This document shows, piece by piece, positions 1-9,732 of a stretch of DNA of 64,000 nt. Made by a program: the position numbers and the translations under genes. The stretch comes from an uncultured delta proteobacterium (GTDB lineage: Bacteria; Desulfobacterota; Binatia; UBA9968). Within the stretch, counting starts at the first letter, position 1; every line of letters begins with the position of its first letter. Under the pieces are notes generated by a model. That model saw only the letters and a program-made list of their open reading frames with translations. It was not told the DNA's origin and ran no database searches. The DNA lies in NCBI GenBank assembly GCA_963737905.1, contig CAVTUQ010000034.1, positions 64,001 to 128,000 of the forward strand, written 5' to 3'.

Positions 1-220
1 CGGTGCAGGCCAGGTAGCGCAACATCGCAATGCGCGGCACTGCCGCACGGAACTGATAGTCCTGGATCGCCCAGGCGCGGATTTGATCCATGGTGGCCGT
101 GCCTGCGCACACGGCTTTTAGGAATGGATGCTTGATGCGAATCTTGGGAAATGCCTGTATCTCTTTCTTGAGTTGTTCTACGAACTGCGCTGATGAAATG
201 TTTTGCGACTGCGTAGTCAT
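1..220 (-). CDS. TenA/PqqC (heme-oxygenase-like) family protein, 5' part, runs off window edge
   Basis: Hand translation from ATG at 220 (GGAGGA RBS upstream): MTTQSQNISSAQFVEQLKKEIQAFPKIRIKHPFLKAVCAGTATMDQIRAWAIQDYQF..., with the HPF...G....Q...W..QDY pattern of TenA/PqqC; not in the ORF track. Confidence 0.75.
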   Translation of the reverse strand, partial: MTTQSQNISSAQFVEQLKKEIQAFPKIRIKHPFLKAVCAGTATMDQIRAWAIQDYQFRAAVPRIAMLRYLACT

Positions 221-321
221 TGTGGTTCCTCCTGTTTTCCAGCCTGGGTCTATGCCAGGGGAAACGCCTTCCTGTGCTTTAACCGTTTTGAGTTTCTAAT
301 ACAAACATTGAAAGCACCGAG

Positions 322-1434
322 CTAATCAACGGGCATCCAACTTCCCGCTCCAGCCGACTGCTCCACGGCATCCAGCACTTTCTGTGCTTCCAGTCCATCG
401 CGGAAGCTGGGAGCAGGCTGCTCTCCCGTTCTAATACCATGAGCGAGTCGACGGGTTAAATTGGCAAAAATAGCTTCTCTCGGCATACGCCTCGATCCCG
501 AGAGGTTCAAATTCTCTGTCAATCGTTCAGGGATAGGTACAGGCTGAGTATTCCCGTCACCCTGTGCGCCCCAAAGCTCACCGATCATCCAGTCAGGCTT
601 TGCCCGATTCACTTGAGCTCGCAACATGCCGTCGTTACCCAAGATTCGAATCTCTTGATAAGCGCTGCCACGCGCCGCCGCATTCGCTGTAAAGGAAACT
701 AATCCTCCTCCGGTCAGTTCCCCGATGAAGAGTGCGCAATCCTCCACCGTGACTTCGCGTTTTCCAGAACCATCGGCGACCGGTCTTGCCTTGGTAAATA
801 TCGCTTGCTGGCCGCACACCCGTTTGAAGTCACCGGCGAGCCAACGCACCAAATCAACCAAGTGGACTCCCACGTCGCCCATGGCCCCAAAACCCACTAC
901 TTCCTTCTGATCGCGCCACGCGAACGGCAGGTTGGGATCGGCCCGCCGCTCCGTAAACCAACTAGCTTCCACGTGGAGGACACGACTCCCGATGTACCCT
1001 TCTTGAATAAGCTCTTTCATCCGGTAAAAGGCCGGGACAAAGCGAAAATTAAAGGAAGTCATGTGAATCAGGCGCGCTTCTTCGGCCCGCTGCAACATCG
1101 CCGCCGCCTCTTCCTTGTTCATCGCCAGCGGTTTTTCGCATAGAACCGAGACACCGTGATCAAAGGCTTCACGCGCCATGGCGAGATGAACGTTGGTCGG
1201 CGTGGTCAAGCTCACGGCATCAAGATCTGCGTGTGAAAACATCTCCCGGTAATCGGTGAACACGTGCGGGATGCCAAATTCCCGCGCGACTCTCTCGGCA
1301 CTGGCCTGTGTGCGCTGGCAGAATGCCGTAACCTCTACCCCCGGGGTTGCCTGGTACGCCAATATGTGAGTCCGGCCAAAACCGCCACCGACAACACCTA
1401 CCTTGATAGTTCTCTCTTGGCTTATTTGTGCCAT
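322..1434 (-). CDS. Gfo/Idh/MocA family oxidoreductase
   Basis: N-terminal GVVGGGFG Rossmann motif, VLCEKP motif, GAMGDVGVHLVD. Confidence 0.93.
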   Translation of the reverse strand: MAQISQERTIKVGVVGGGFGRTHILAYQATPGVEVTAFCQRTQASAERVAREFGIPHVFTDYREMFSHADLDAVSLTTPTNVHLAMAREAFDHGVSVLCEKPLAMNKEEAAAMLQRAEEARLIHMTSFNFRFVPAFYRMKELIQEGYIGSRVLHVEASWFTERRADPNLPFAWRDQKEVVGFGAMGDVGVHLVDLVRWLAGDFKRVCGQQAIFTKARPVADGSGKREVTVEDCALFIGELTGGGLVSFTANAAARGSAYQEIRILGNDGMLRAQVNRAKPDWMIGELWGAQGDGNTQPVPIPERLTENLNLSGSRRMPREAIFANLTRRLAHGIRTGEQPAPSFRDGLEAQKVLDAVEQSAGAGSWMPVD

Positions 1435-1501
1435 CGCAATCCTTTCCCCCGAATCTATTTGGTCGCGCCTAATTCTTTTCGGGCATTGTTTAGGAAGCTA
1501 C

Positions 1502-1580
1502 AAAAAAAACCCATCGCGCGCACCCACCCGGTGATAGCGGGCCTCGATTTGATGACCGCCTCCCGTGTGAGCGCGCCGAC
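1502..1580 (-). terminator. Long imperfect hairpin followed by a T8 tract (terminator-like or structured RNA)
   Basis: On the - strand GCGCGC-TCACACGG...CCGGGTGG-GT-GCGCGC can pair, followed by GATGGG-TTTTTTTT. Confidence 0.45.
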
Positions 1581-1699
1581 GCAACAGAATGCTTTTCTCC
1601 GCTATTTGAATCGTGGCCGGGAATTGCGCTGGAGCCAACGCCTTCTGCTCATCAGCTTCCACGTGCTCCAGCGGAGTTTAGAGGTCTTGCGGTTGTTAT

Positions 1700-2563
1700 T
1701 TAAGAACCGACTGCGGCTCGAAGCGGCGCGGGCTGCTCGGAAAATCCTTGCTTCAGCCACCACTCCGCGATCTCGATGCCGGTTGCGAACCAAACGCCCT
1801 GATGTCCCTTCATGTATTCGATCATTTCTCGCAACGCGCTGGTCCGTCCAGCTCTGCTGGATACATAGGGATGTAACTGAAACGTGGTGAAAGTGGGCGC
1901 TATCGAAGATTCCCGATAAAGCTCGTCGAAGAAACGCTTCCACAGTGCCAACGCGTTATCCGGATGATCGCCGGCTCGGTTCTGGTGGCCATAGAGCCTG
2001 CCGTCGCCAAAAGGTTGGCGCGGAAGCTCGACTAACCTCGATTGCCCGTTCTCCCAGACGAAAGGAAAATCGTCGGCGAACGAATTGCTGTTCCAGATAA
2101 AGCCTTCCTCCATGAGAATCTCTACCGTATTGACGCTTTGAGTACAGGTGCGCCAACCCAGCGGACGTTTCCCGGTCCGCTTGATCAGCATGTCCGTTGT
2201 GCGCCGGGTCACCTCTTTTTCTTCCTGTCTGGACAAATCGCGGGCGATCTCGTGATGGTAACCATGGCCGGCAATTTCATGCCCCTGTTCGGCGATCGCT
2301 TTCATTGCATCTGGATATCTTTCAGCGATGCCGCCGCAGGTCAAAAAAGTCGTCTTGACTTTGACTTCGTCCAACATTCTGAGAATCCGCCAGATGCCGG
2401 TTTTCGGTCCGTACTCGGCCTCGGCATAATCCTCGTTGTTCATTTTGCCGCTGGCAAGAGGCCTGACGGGCTCTCCACCTTGAAAATCGAAAGTTATCGC
2501 CACCGTCATCCGACGATTTTCCGGCCAGAATATTTTTCCCTTTGCGTGATTCTCTGTGATCAT
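1700..2563 (-). CDS. Polysaccharide deacetylase (CE4/PuuE-like) family protein
   Basis: TFDF, YGPKTGIWRIL, HEIAGHGYHH and LHPY motifs typical of PuuE-type CE4. Confidence 0.88.
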   Translation of the reverse strand: MITENHAKGKIFWPENRRMTVAITFDFQGGEPVRPLASGKMNNEDYAEAEYGPKTGIWRILRMLDEVKVKTTFLTCGGIAERYPDAMKAIAEQGHEIAGHGYHHEIARDLSRQEEKEVTRRTTDMLIKRTGKRPLGWRTCTQSVNTVEILMEEGFIWNSNSFADDFPFVWENGQSRLVELPRQPFGDGRLYGHQNRAGDHPDNALALWKRFFDELYRESSIAPTFTTFQLHPYVSSRAGRTSALREMIEYMKGHQGVWFATGIEIAEWWLKQGFSEQPAPLRAAVGS

Positions 2564-2713
2564 CCTTTGATCTCCTTTTAAATTCCTCGACGAAGTTTCC
2601 TACCACTATTTTGGAACATATTACTCTCATTCAAGACATGTCAACAACCGAGTTCTTACTAAACATCGCCATAGAGACTCGAATTTCGAGGCGAGCCAAT
2701 TTTGCCTCCACAA

Positions 2714-3436
2714 CTACGGACGGTCTTTAAGCCGACTCAGGTAATATTCCCAGCCGCGCATGGGAAAACGCTGGTCGGCGTTGTAGACTTCCAACTCTTC
2801 GGCAGTCAGATACTTCGGTTGGCCATGAAGCAACGCCAGGTGATTCCATTCACCGAGCATGGCGAGCCGGGTCGTGCGCTCGATAACCTGCTCGATGCTC
2901 GCGCCGACCACCGAATCGCCGTGAGCGCGCATTAAAACCACCGGCCCGTCGCCCAAAGACGCGGCCAGCTCGTTGCCGCGCTCCACTGTGCGGACGAGTC
3001 CGATGCCCTGATACACCGGAGGCCCATCGGCGGAGAGAAACTTGCCATAGTGGTGCATAGGCTTTAGCTTGATCGGCAGCACGCTGAAAATCGTGCTCCA
3101 CTTCGAGTGTGTATGCGCCACGCTGTCCACGTCGGGACGCGCCTTTAGAATGCACGCATGAATCGGCCATTCGTTAGGCGGTGTCTTCGCGCCGCCCAGA
3201 TAGTTGCCGTCGAAATCTTGCATAATCAGCCGGTCCATGGTCACGCAGCCCGGGCTGACATTGGCGATGGTGATAAATGCATCCACTCCAGGCACACGCA
3301 CGCTGATATGGCCATAACCGTCGGTCACTCCTTCGTGATCGAGAATGTGACAGGCGGTGATCAATTTTTGCGTCAACTCTTTTAGTTCCGATGAATCTAA
3401 AGCGGGTACATTCGCTCGATTTGCTACCATGAACAC
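2714..3436 (-). CDS. Class II aldolase/adducin family protein
   Basis: GHISVR, EWPIH, HTHS, LMRAHG metal-binding motifs. Confidence 0.92.
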   Translation of the reverse strand: MFMVANRANVPALDSSELKELTQKLITACHILDHEGVTDGYGHISVRVPGVDAFITIANVSPGCVTMDRLIMQDFDGNYLGGAKTPPNEWPIHACILKARPDVDSVAHTHSKWSTIFSVLPIKLKPMHHYGKFLSADGPPVYQGIGLVRTVERGNELAASLGDGPVVLMRAHGDSVVGASIEQVIERTTRLAMLGEWNHLALLHGQPKYLTAEELEVYNADQRFPMRGWEYYLSRLKDRP

Positions 3437-3566
3437 TCCTTCGGTATGGACGAATCTAGTTATGCGGCAATCTATTTGCGCACTCTGAGGCTGTCAAGCG
3501 TACGCGCGAGCTGTGTGCAGCCGACTTTACTTTTATTGACATCGAAAAACGAAGCCCCTATCCTTA

Positions 3567-3776
3567 ATGCGCATGATCTACATTCGCATCGCAGAAAAGC
3601 ACGATGCCAAGGGTTTTCTCCTGCTGGCAAAGAGCGGCGCTTCCATCACTTGCCTGCCTGATAATATTTACGGAGCAGCTCCTGAACACATCCGGATACT
3701 GAAGCGAAATCGGATTCCTTTCAAAAAATTGCCTCCCAAAAGCGTGCACCTTCCTAAGTCTTCTCTCGCTGCATGA
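3567..3776 (+). CDS. Small basic hypothetical protein (69 aa); stop overlaps the ATG of a truncated 11-codon ORF
   Basis: Canonical TTGACA promoter just upstream (3536); ATGA overlap with MKKYEIFARFS*. Confidence 0.55.
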   Translation: MRMIYIRIAEKHDAKGFLLLAKSGASITCLPDNIYGAAPEHIRILKRNRIPFKKLPPKSVHLPKSSLAA

Positions 3777-3852
3777 AAAAGTATGAGATCTTCGCACGAT
3801 TTAGTTAATGAGTCTAGTGAGTCTAATTCCGGCTAATCTGCTGCGCTGCGAA

Positions 3853-4572
3853 TCAAGAGCGGCGCTCCCGCGCTCTGCTTAAATAATATTCCCACGGGCG
3901 AGCTGGGAAAGCCTGGTCGGCGGAGAAAGTCGCCAGTTCCTCTTCGGTCATGTAAAGCGGCTCGCCATGGGCCACGGCCATATGCGCAAGCTCGCCAAGA
4001 AAAGCAAGTTGAATAGTGCGCAGGATCGCTTGCTCGAGGCTAGCACCGACCACCGCGTCACCGTGCGCCCGCATCAAGACCGCCGCGCTGGCTTCCAAAG
4101 CGGCTGCCAGCGCTTCTCCACGTTCGACAGTGCCGATGAGTCCCGATCCCGGGTAGATGGGCGGACCTGCGGCGGGAAGAAATTTCGCGTACATGTGGAC
4201 GGGGCGAAGGCCGCCTTTCAAGACGCTGAAAAGCGAGCTCCATTTCGAGTGGGTGTGGCAAACGCTCATCACGTCCGGACGAGCGCGCATGATACACGCG
4301 TGAATCGGCCACTCGTAAGGCGGCGATTTTTCTCCGCCGAGATAACGGCCGTCGAAGTCGAGCATGACGAGCCGATCCAAAGTCGCACAGCCGGGGCTTA
4401 CGCCGGCCAGGGTAAGAAAAGCTTCGGTTCCTGGAATGCGCACGCTCACGTGACCGAAGCCATCGGTGATGCCTTCGTGATCGAGAATGTGAGAGCCATC
4501 GACCAGTTTCTCCTTGAGTGCTTTGAGTTCGCTGGAATCGAAAGCGGGTACATTTGAGTTGAAGCTGTCCAT
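3853..4572 (-). CDS. Class II aldolase/adducin family protein (paralog of 2714-3436)
   Basis: GHVSVR, EWPIH, HTHS, LMRAHG; collinear with the 2714-3436 protein. Confidence 0.92.
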   Translation of the reverse strand: MDSFNSNVPAFDSSELKALKEKLVDGSHILDHEGITDGFGHVSVRIPGTEAFLTLAGVSPGCATLDRLVMLDFDGRYLGGEKSPPYEWPIHACIMRARPDVMSVCHTHSKWSSLFSVLKGGLRPVHMYAKFLPAAGPPIYPGSGLIGTVERGEALAAALEASAAVLMRAHGDAVVGASLEQAILRTIQLAFLGELAHMAVAHGEPLYMTEEELATFSADQAFPARPWEYYLSRARERRS

Positions 4573-5028
4573 GCAAGCTCCTTATGGTTGGTTGATCGTT
4601 TACTTGGTTCTATTGGCCGACCATCGAGGTGTCAAGGCAACGATTGTTTTGTGTAACGATTGTTTTGAAAAGCGGCACGCCCTCCCCCAACTCCTTGCTG
4701 CAGTCTGCGCTCTGCGCCTTCTGGTCGAACTGGAAGGATCTGTTGAATACTGAAATTATTTGCGATCAACATGCTTGTTGCATGTGAGGACGGTTCGTCT
4801 TTCTTTGAGAAAGGCCGTGTCAAAAAAGAGTTTATCGGCAAGGATTTGGTAACCGCTGCCGTGCTACACCGCGGGCTGATATCTGGATACACCGCCCCAC
4901 AGGCAGCGTTTGTCGGGACAAGAGATTGACAAGGCGACGCTTGTTGGCGGATATTGCAGCTGTTTTTGCTCTTCCTCGATTGCGGGTTCCTGGATACGCC
5001 GCCGGAAGAGCCGGCAGTTCACTTAATA

Positions 5029-5035
5029 GTTAGGC
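5029..5035 (+). mobile_element. attC R'-like core site GTTAGGC preceding the hydrolase gene
   Basis: GTTRRRY 24 bp before the start codon; no clear matching R''. Confidence 0.25.
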
Positions 5036-5058
5036 GGCCGAAAGTCAGGAGGACGCCG

Positions 5059-5918
5059 ATGATGGATCCGATCAGACGCAAGATACTGAAAACGGGCGCC
5101 GCGGCGACGGCGATGGCCGCGGCGCCGCGCGTGTTTGCTCAGCAGACCGGGCAGGGAGGAGCTGCCATGTCCTTCTACGAAAAGGGCCCCGTTCGCATCC
5201 ACTATGAGGAGGCCGGTTCCGGCTTCCCGTTGTTGCTCATCGCCGGCGGGGGACTGAACTCGACGATCTCCGGCTTGACCACCGCCCTTTCAACCCGATC
5301 GAGGAGTTCAAGGGAGAGTACCGCTGCATCGCGGCGGACCTGCGCAACGCCAATGCCGGCCAGTCCTCCGGCCCGCTCGAGATCGACCGGCCGTGGGATT
5401 CATACACCGATGACCATCTCGGCCTGATGGATCACCTGGGCATCGACAAGTTCATGGTGATGGGTTTCTGCATTGGCGGCCCCTTCATCTGGAACCTCTT
5501 GAAGCGGGCGCCCGATCGTGTTGTCGCGGCCGTGCTGGCGCAGCCCGTCGGGTTCCGGCCGGAGATGCCCAACGTCCTCTACGACAGCAGCATGACCGGC
5601 TGGGGTCCGGAACTGGTCAAGCGCCGGCCCGAGATCACGATGGAGATGGTCGAGAAATTTCTGACCAAGATGTACCGCACCAACCCCGACTTCGTCTTCA
5701 CCGTGACGCGCGATTTCGTGCGCAATTGCCAGACGCCCGTCCTGATCCTGCCGGACGATATCCCGGCGCATCCGTACGCCGTCGCCATGGAGGCCGCGAT
5801 GCTCGCGCCGAAGGCCGAAGTGAGCATGTTCCCGTGGAAGGAGCCCAAGGAGCGGATTCCCCTGGCGGTGCGCCAGATACGTTCCTTCCTCCGGGCGCAT
5901 CGGCCTGCTTCTGCTTAG
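5059..5918 (+). CDS. Alpha/beta hydrolase with Tat-like leader, frameshifted near 5285
   Basis: AGGAGG RBS, MMDPIRRKILK leader, IHYEEAGSGFPLLLIAGGG; second frame continues NPIEEFKGEYRCIAADLRN into MDHLG...GFCIGG. Confidence 0.82.
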
Positions 5919-5980
5919 ACGGTGGTGTCTATACGATAAGGGGCTGACGCGCGGTGACCGCGTTGCACCTTGCTCATGCC

Positions 5981-6034
5981 GTATAACCTTGCGCCGCAGC
6001 CGACGGCGGCCGGTGCATCGCACCGCCGTTAGAC
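5981..6034 (+). mobile_element. Degenerate attC-like site
   Basis: GTATAAC...GTTAGAC ends, with internal GGCGG..GGTGC/GCACCGCC pairing. Confidence 0.4.
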
Positions 6035-6050
6035 AGCAGAGAAGTCTTCA

Positions 6051-6564
6051 ATGAACAATTCCGAGGACACAATGTTCGAGAGGTGTTGGACGGCTGGAGT
6101 GGGAATCGGCGATATTCTTGCTGGTTTCTTTGTCCCAACGGAGAAGTCGATGGACGAAACAGCTGTAAGTTTGGCGAAAGCCCATCTGCGGGTGGCACGC
6201 CCCACGGACAACTTGAGGGAAGTCGTCCAGTTCTACCGCGATGGACTCGGCTTTGAAGTGCTGTGTGAGTTTAACGACCATAACGGCTTCGACGGCATCA
6301 TGCTCGGACACAAAGGAGCAACCTATCACTTAGAGTTCACGCATAAGCGCGGGCATACAGCCGGGAGGGGCACCAACTGAAGACAATCTCTTAGTGTTCT
6401 ACCTTCCCGATGAAACTGAATGGCAGCAAGCGGTACAGCGGTTAGAGAGCCGTGGATATAAACCTGTCAAGGCATTCAACCCGTATTGGGACAAACAGGG
6501 CAAGACGTTCGAAGATCCAGATGGATATCGGGTAGTGTTGCAAAACGCGCGTTGGTTTCCGTGA
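6051..6564 (+). CDS. yycE: VOC/glyoxalase family protein (YycE-like), frameshifted at the G-run near 6368
   Basis: HLRVARPTDNL...FYRDGLGF...HLEFTH; removing one G gives RAPTEDNLLVFYLPD...NPYWDKQGKTFEDPDGYRVVLQNARWFP*; true start may be about 6150-6171. Confidence 0.85.
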
Positions 6565-6658
6565 GGGAGTTGTGAACAAGGGCTGTGCCGTCGCTCCACG
6601 TCTTTTACAGCTCGCAAGGAGTTCAGCTTGAAGCGTTCTGAACGGAAAGGAGAAAGCG

Positions 6659-7549
6659 ATGCACGTCGGCTTCGTAGGCACCGGTAACATGGGAGAACCC
6701 ATGGCGACCAATATCCTCAAGGCGGGCCACCAGCTCACTGTGTTCGACGTGCGGGCGGAGGCAACCGCGCCGCTTGAGAAGCTCGGGGCGCGCCGCGCGC
6801 CCGACCTCGCTACACTCGCGGCGGCGGTCGAGGTGACGCTGACGAGCTTGCCGAACGACGCTATGGTGGAGGAGGTACTATTCGGCTCCGCGGGGACGTC
6901 GGGTCTGGTGGCCGGCGCTTGCGCCGGCCACGTGGTATTCGACCTGAGCACCGTGAGCCCCGACACGACGCGGCGGCTGGCGGTCCGAGCCGCGGAGCGC
7001 GCGGTTCGGCTCATCGACGCGCCCGTGAGCGGTAGCGTCAGCGGCGCTGTTGCCGGCACGCTAGCGGTGATGATCGGCGCGCCCGCCCCCGACGTTGCGC
7101 TCTACGAGAGCGTCCTGCGCGCGATCGGCAATAACCTCTTCTTCCTGGGCGAGACCGGCCGGGGCAACATCTTGAAGCTCCTGAACAACTACGTGGCGCT
7201 CACCAACCAGGCGGCGCTCTGTGAGGCGATGGCGCTTGCCGATCGCTTGGGCGTCGACCGGCAGACTGTTGGCGCGGTGCTCAGCCACGCTTCGGGCGCG
7301 AGCTTCATCCTGGAGCGCAAGCTCTCCACCCTTGTCGCCCACGACTATCGGGCCGGCTTTTTCGTGGACCTCGCCTGGAAGGACCTGCGTCTGGCCCTCG
7401 AGTTGGCCGAGCGCGCGGGCGCCCGCACCGAAGTCGCAAGGCAGGCCTGGGAGCTTTATGGAGAAGCGAGCCGAGCCGGCTTCGGACGGCTTGACAGCTC
7501 AGGATTGCTCAACCTCCTCGAGCTGTCGCCGGGGCCTAAGCCGGCCTGA
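6659..7549 (+). CDS. NAD(P)-dependent beta-hydroxyacid dehydrogenase (3-hydroxyisobutyrate DH/6PGD family)
   Basis: GFVGTGNMG, DAPVSG, KLLNN, KDL motifs. Confidence 0.92.
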   Translation: MHVGFVGTGNMGEPMATNILKAGHQLTVFDVRAEATAPLEKLGARRAPDLATLAAAVEVTLTSLPNDAMVEEVLFGSAGTSGLVAGACAGHVVFDLSTVSPDTTRRLAVRAAERAVRLIDAPVSGSVSGAVAGTLAVMIGAPAPDVALYESVLRAIGNNLFFLGETGRGNILKLLNNYVALTNQAALCEAMALADRLGVDRQTVGAVLSHASGASFILERKLSTLVAHDYRAGFFVDLAWKDLRLALELAERAGARTEVARQAWELYGEASRAGFGRLDSSGLLNLLELSPGPKPA

Positions 7550-7567
7550 TGTTCGAAGCGGCGCGAC

Positions 7568-7608
7568 GGCCAACCTGCGCTTCAGCGGCATTTGGTAGTG
7601 AGTTGGGC
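7568..7608 (+). mobile_element. Short attC-like remnant
   Basis: GGCCAAC...GTTGGGC just after the stop codon; only 41 bp. Confidence 0.3.
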
Positions 7609-7708
7609 CGCGGATCAGCACCGCTCGTAGCGCGCATCTGTCATTCCCTCGCTCGGCGCGGTCAAATGGTGTAGTTGTAGAGCCTGGATAGGCGCGCAGA
7701 TCGATAGC

Positions 7709-9496
7709 TTGAGAGCGCGAATGTTGGCCAGAACAGAAACCATCGCGACGATTGTGGACCATTGGCTCACGCAGTTCGAAAGGGCTCTAGCGGAACCCGA
7801 CGACGTTCTGCTCAAGACTCTGTTTCATCCTGATAGCCATTGGCGCGATGTACTGGCCCTGACTTGGCGCATCAGTACGGTCAACGGCTTGGACGCGATT
7901 CTTGAAGAACTGAAAGCGCATATCGGCCGAGCCCATCCGACTGGTTTCAGGACGGATCCGCATCGGACTGCGCCCCGCTATGTGACGCGCGCGGGCACTC
8001 GCGCGATCGAGGCGATCTTCAGATTTGAAACCGCCGAGGGCCGCGGCAGCGGAGTCCTACGGCTGACCCCCGATGCCAACGATGGCAATACGCTGAGAGC
8101 GTGGACCTTGCTCACAGCGCTCGACGAAATAAAGGGGTTCGAGGAACAGGTCGGGAGATCGCGCCCCAAGGGCACGTCCTATTCGCGCGATTTTCGAGGC
8201 CCGAACTGGCTCGACCTCAGGAGATCGGCCGCCGAGTATATCGAGAGGGATCCGGTTGTGCTGGTCGTCGGCGGGGGGCAGGCCGGGCTCTCGATCGCCG
8301 CACGCTTGACTCAATTGCAGGTCGATACACTGATTGTGGACCGCGAACAGCGCATCGGTGACAACTGGCGCAACCGCTATCACGCGCTGACCCTGCACAA
8401 CCAGGTGCACGTCAACCACCTTCCCTACATGCCTTTTCCACCGAGCTGGCCGACCTACATTCCCAAAGACAAACTGGCCGGCTGGTTCGAGGCCTACGTG
8501 GAAGGCATGGAGCTCAACTACTGGACGGGCACGGAATTCGAGGGCGGGGCATACAATGAGACAGAAGAGCGTTGGTCCGTTGTGCTGCGTCGGGCGGACG
8601 GCACCAAGCGGGAGATGCGTCCGCGACACGTCGTGATGGCCACCGGAGTCAGCGGCATTCCGAACCTTCCGGATATTCCGACGTTGCGCAACTTCGGCGG
8701 CAAGATTCTGCACTCCAGCCAATACGACGACGGCGAGGCATGGAAAGGCAGGAACGTCCTCGTCATCGGCACCGGCAACAGCGGCCATGATATTGCGCAG
8801 GACCTGTACTCGAGCGGGGCAAAGGTCACTCTCGTTCAACGCCATTCGACCCTGATCGTCAATATCGAGCCGAGCGCGCAACTTCCCTACGCGTTGTATG
8901 ACGAAGGACCTCCTCTGGAGGACTGCGACCTCATCACGACGTCCATCCCGCTTCCACTCTTAAGGAAAACTCACATCCTGTTGACCGAACGAGCGAAGAA
9001 TCTGGACAGGGAACTCCTCGATGGGCTGGAGCGCGTGGGGTTCAAGCTTGATTTCGGGGAAGACGGAACGGGCTGGCAGTTCAAGTACCTCACCCGCGGC
9101 GGCGGTTACTACTTCAATGTCGGCTGTTCCGATTTGATCGTTGAAGGTGAGATCGGACTGGTGCAATTTTCCGATATCGCAGCGTTCGTCGCAGAGGGAG
9201 CGCGGATGGGCACCGGCGAAACGCTTGCCGCCGATTTGATCGTGTTGGCGACCGGCTACAAGGGACAGGAATATCTGGTTCGCAAGCTGTTTGGCGATGA
9301 TGTTGCCGCCCGCGTTGGCCCCATCTGGGGATTCGGCGATGAACAGGAGTTGCGCAACATGTTCACGCGCACCGCGCAGCCGGGCCTGTGGTTTATCGCC
9401 GGCAGTCTGGCCCAGTGCCGCATCTACTCTAAATATCTCGGCCTGCAGATAAAGGCCTGCGAGGTAGGGCTGCTACCCCGAAACAAATTTAAATGA
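7709..9496 (+). CDS. Flavin-containing monooxygenase with N-terminal extension (type II FMO-like)
   Basis: GGGQAG, GDNWRNRY, FGGKILHSSQY fingerprint, GTGNSG, ATGY. Confidence 0.92.
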   Translation: MRARMLARTETIATIVDHWLTQFERALAEPDDVLLKTLFHPDSHWRDVLALTWRISTVNGLDAILEELKAHIGRAHPTGFRTDPHRTAPRYVTRAGTRAIEAIFRFETAEGRGSGVLRLTPDANDGNTLRAWTLLTALDEIKGFEEQVGRSRPKGTSYSRDFRGPNWLDLRRSAAEYIERDPVVLVVGGGQAGLSIAARLTQLQVDTLIVDREQRIGDNWRNRYHALTLHNQVHVNHLPYMPFPPSWPTYIPKDKLAGWFEAYVEGMELNYWTGTEFEGGAYNETEERWSVVLRRADGTKREMRPRHVVMATGVSGIPNLPDIPTLRNFGGKILHSSQYDDGEAWKGRNVLVIGTGNSGHDIAQDLYSSGAKVTLVQRHSTLIVNIEPSAQLPYALYDEGPPLEDCDLITTSIPLPLLRKTHILLTERAKNLDRELLDGLERVGFKLDFGEDGTGWQFKYLTRGGGYYFNVGCSDLIVEGEIGLVQFSDIAAFVAEGARMGTGETLAADLIVLATGYKGQEYLVRKLFGDDVAARVGPIWGFGDEQELRNMFTRTAQPGLWFIAGSLAQCRIYSKYLGLQIKACEVGLLPRNKFK

Positions 9497-9658
9497 CCAA
9501 TAGAGAAAGCACGAAATTCGAAATCCGAAACAAATTCAAATGTTCAAAAAACTAAAATTCAAAACAAATGCGATTCGGATTCGGGGTTTTGGATTTTCTG
9601 ACTTTTAGGATTCTTTTGTGCTCACTTGATACGAATTTCGATATTCGGATTTCGAATT
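9478..9658. repeat. AT-rich MITE-like element with a 15-bp perfect inverted repeat and an 18-bp direct repeat
   Basis: AATTCGAAATCCGAA (9515-9529) / TTCGGATTTCGAATT (9644-9658); CCGAAACAAATT(T/C)AAATG at 9478 and 9525. Confidence 0.75.
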
Positions 9659-9732
9659 ATCGCGCAGGGTGGTGCCAGTAAAATTTGTTGAAGTCGTTCT
9701 GCTTAACATTCGAAAGGGAAGAGTCAAATGGC

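Noticed and set aside
241-258. Sigma-54 site upstream of the TenA-like gene
   Set aside because: TGGCAT is present but there is no TGC at -12.
4632-4892. 86-aa ORF between the aldolase and the hydrolase
   Set aside because: No motif, RBS or codon-bias support; left uncalled.
6360-6385. TGA at 6378-6380 as a second selenocysteine codon or programmed frameshift
   Set aside because: The YycE-like sequence resumes in another frame after one extra G in a homopolymer; a simple indel explains it.
7655-7700. tRNA-like stretch (GGTGTAG...)
   Set aside because: No T-arm (GTTCRA) and no cloverleaf.
8057-8881. Long antisense ORFs (e.g. 8057-8881, 29424-30158, 38399-39304, 52771-53697)
   Set aside because: Shadow frames of GC-rich genes with no recognisable motifs.
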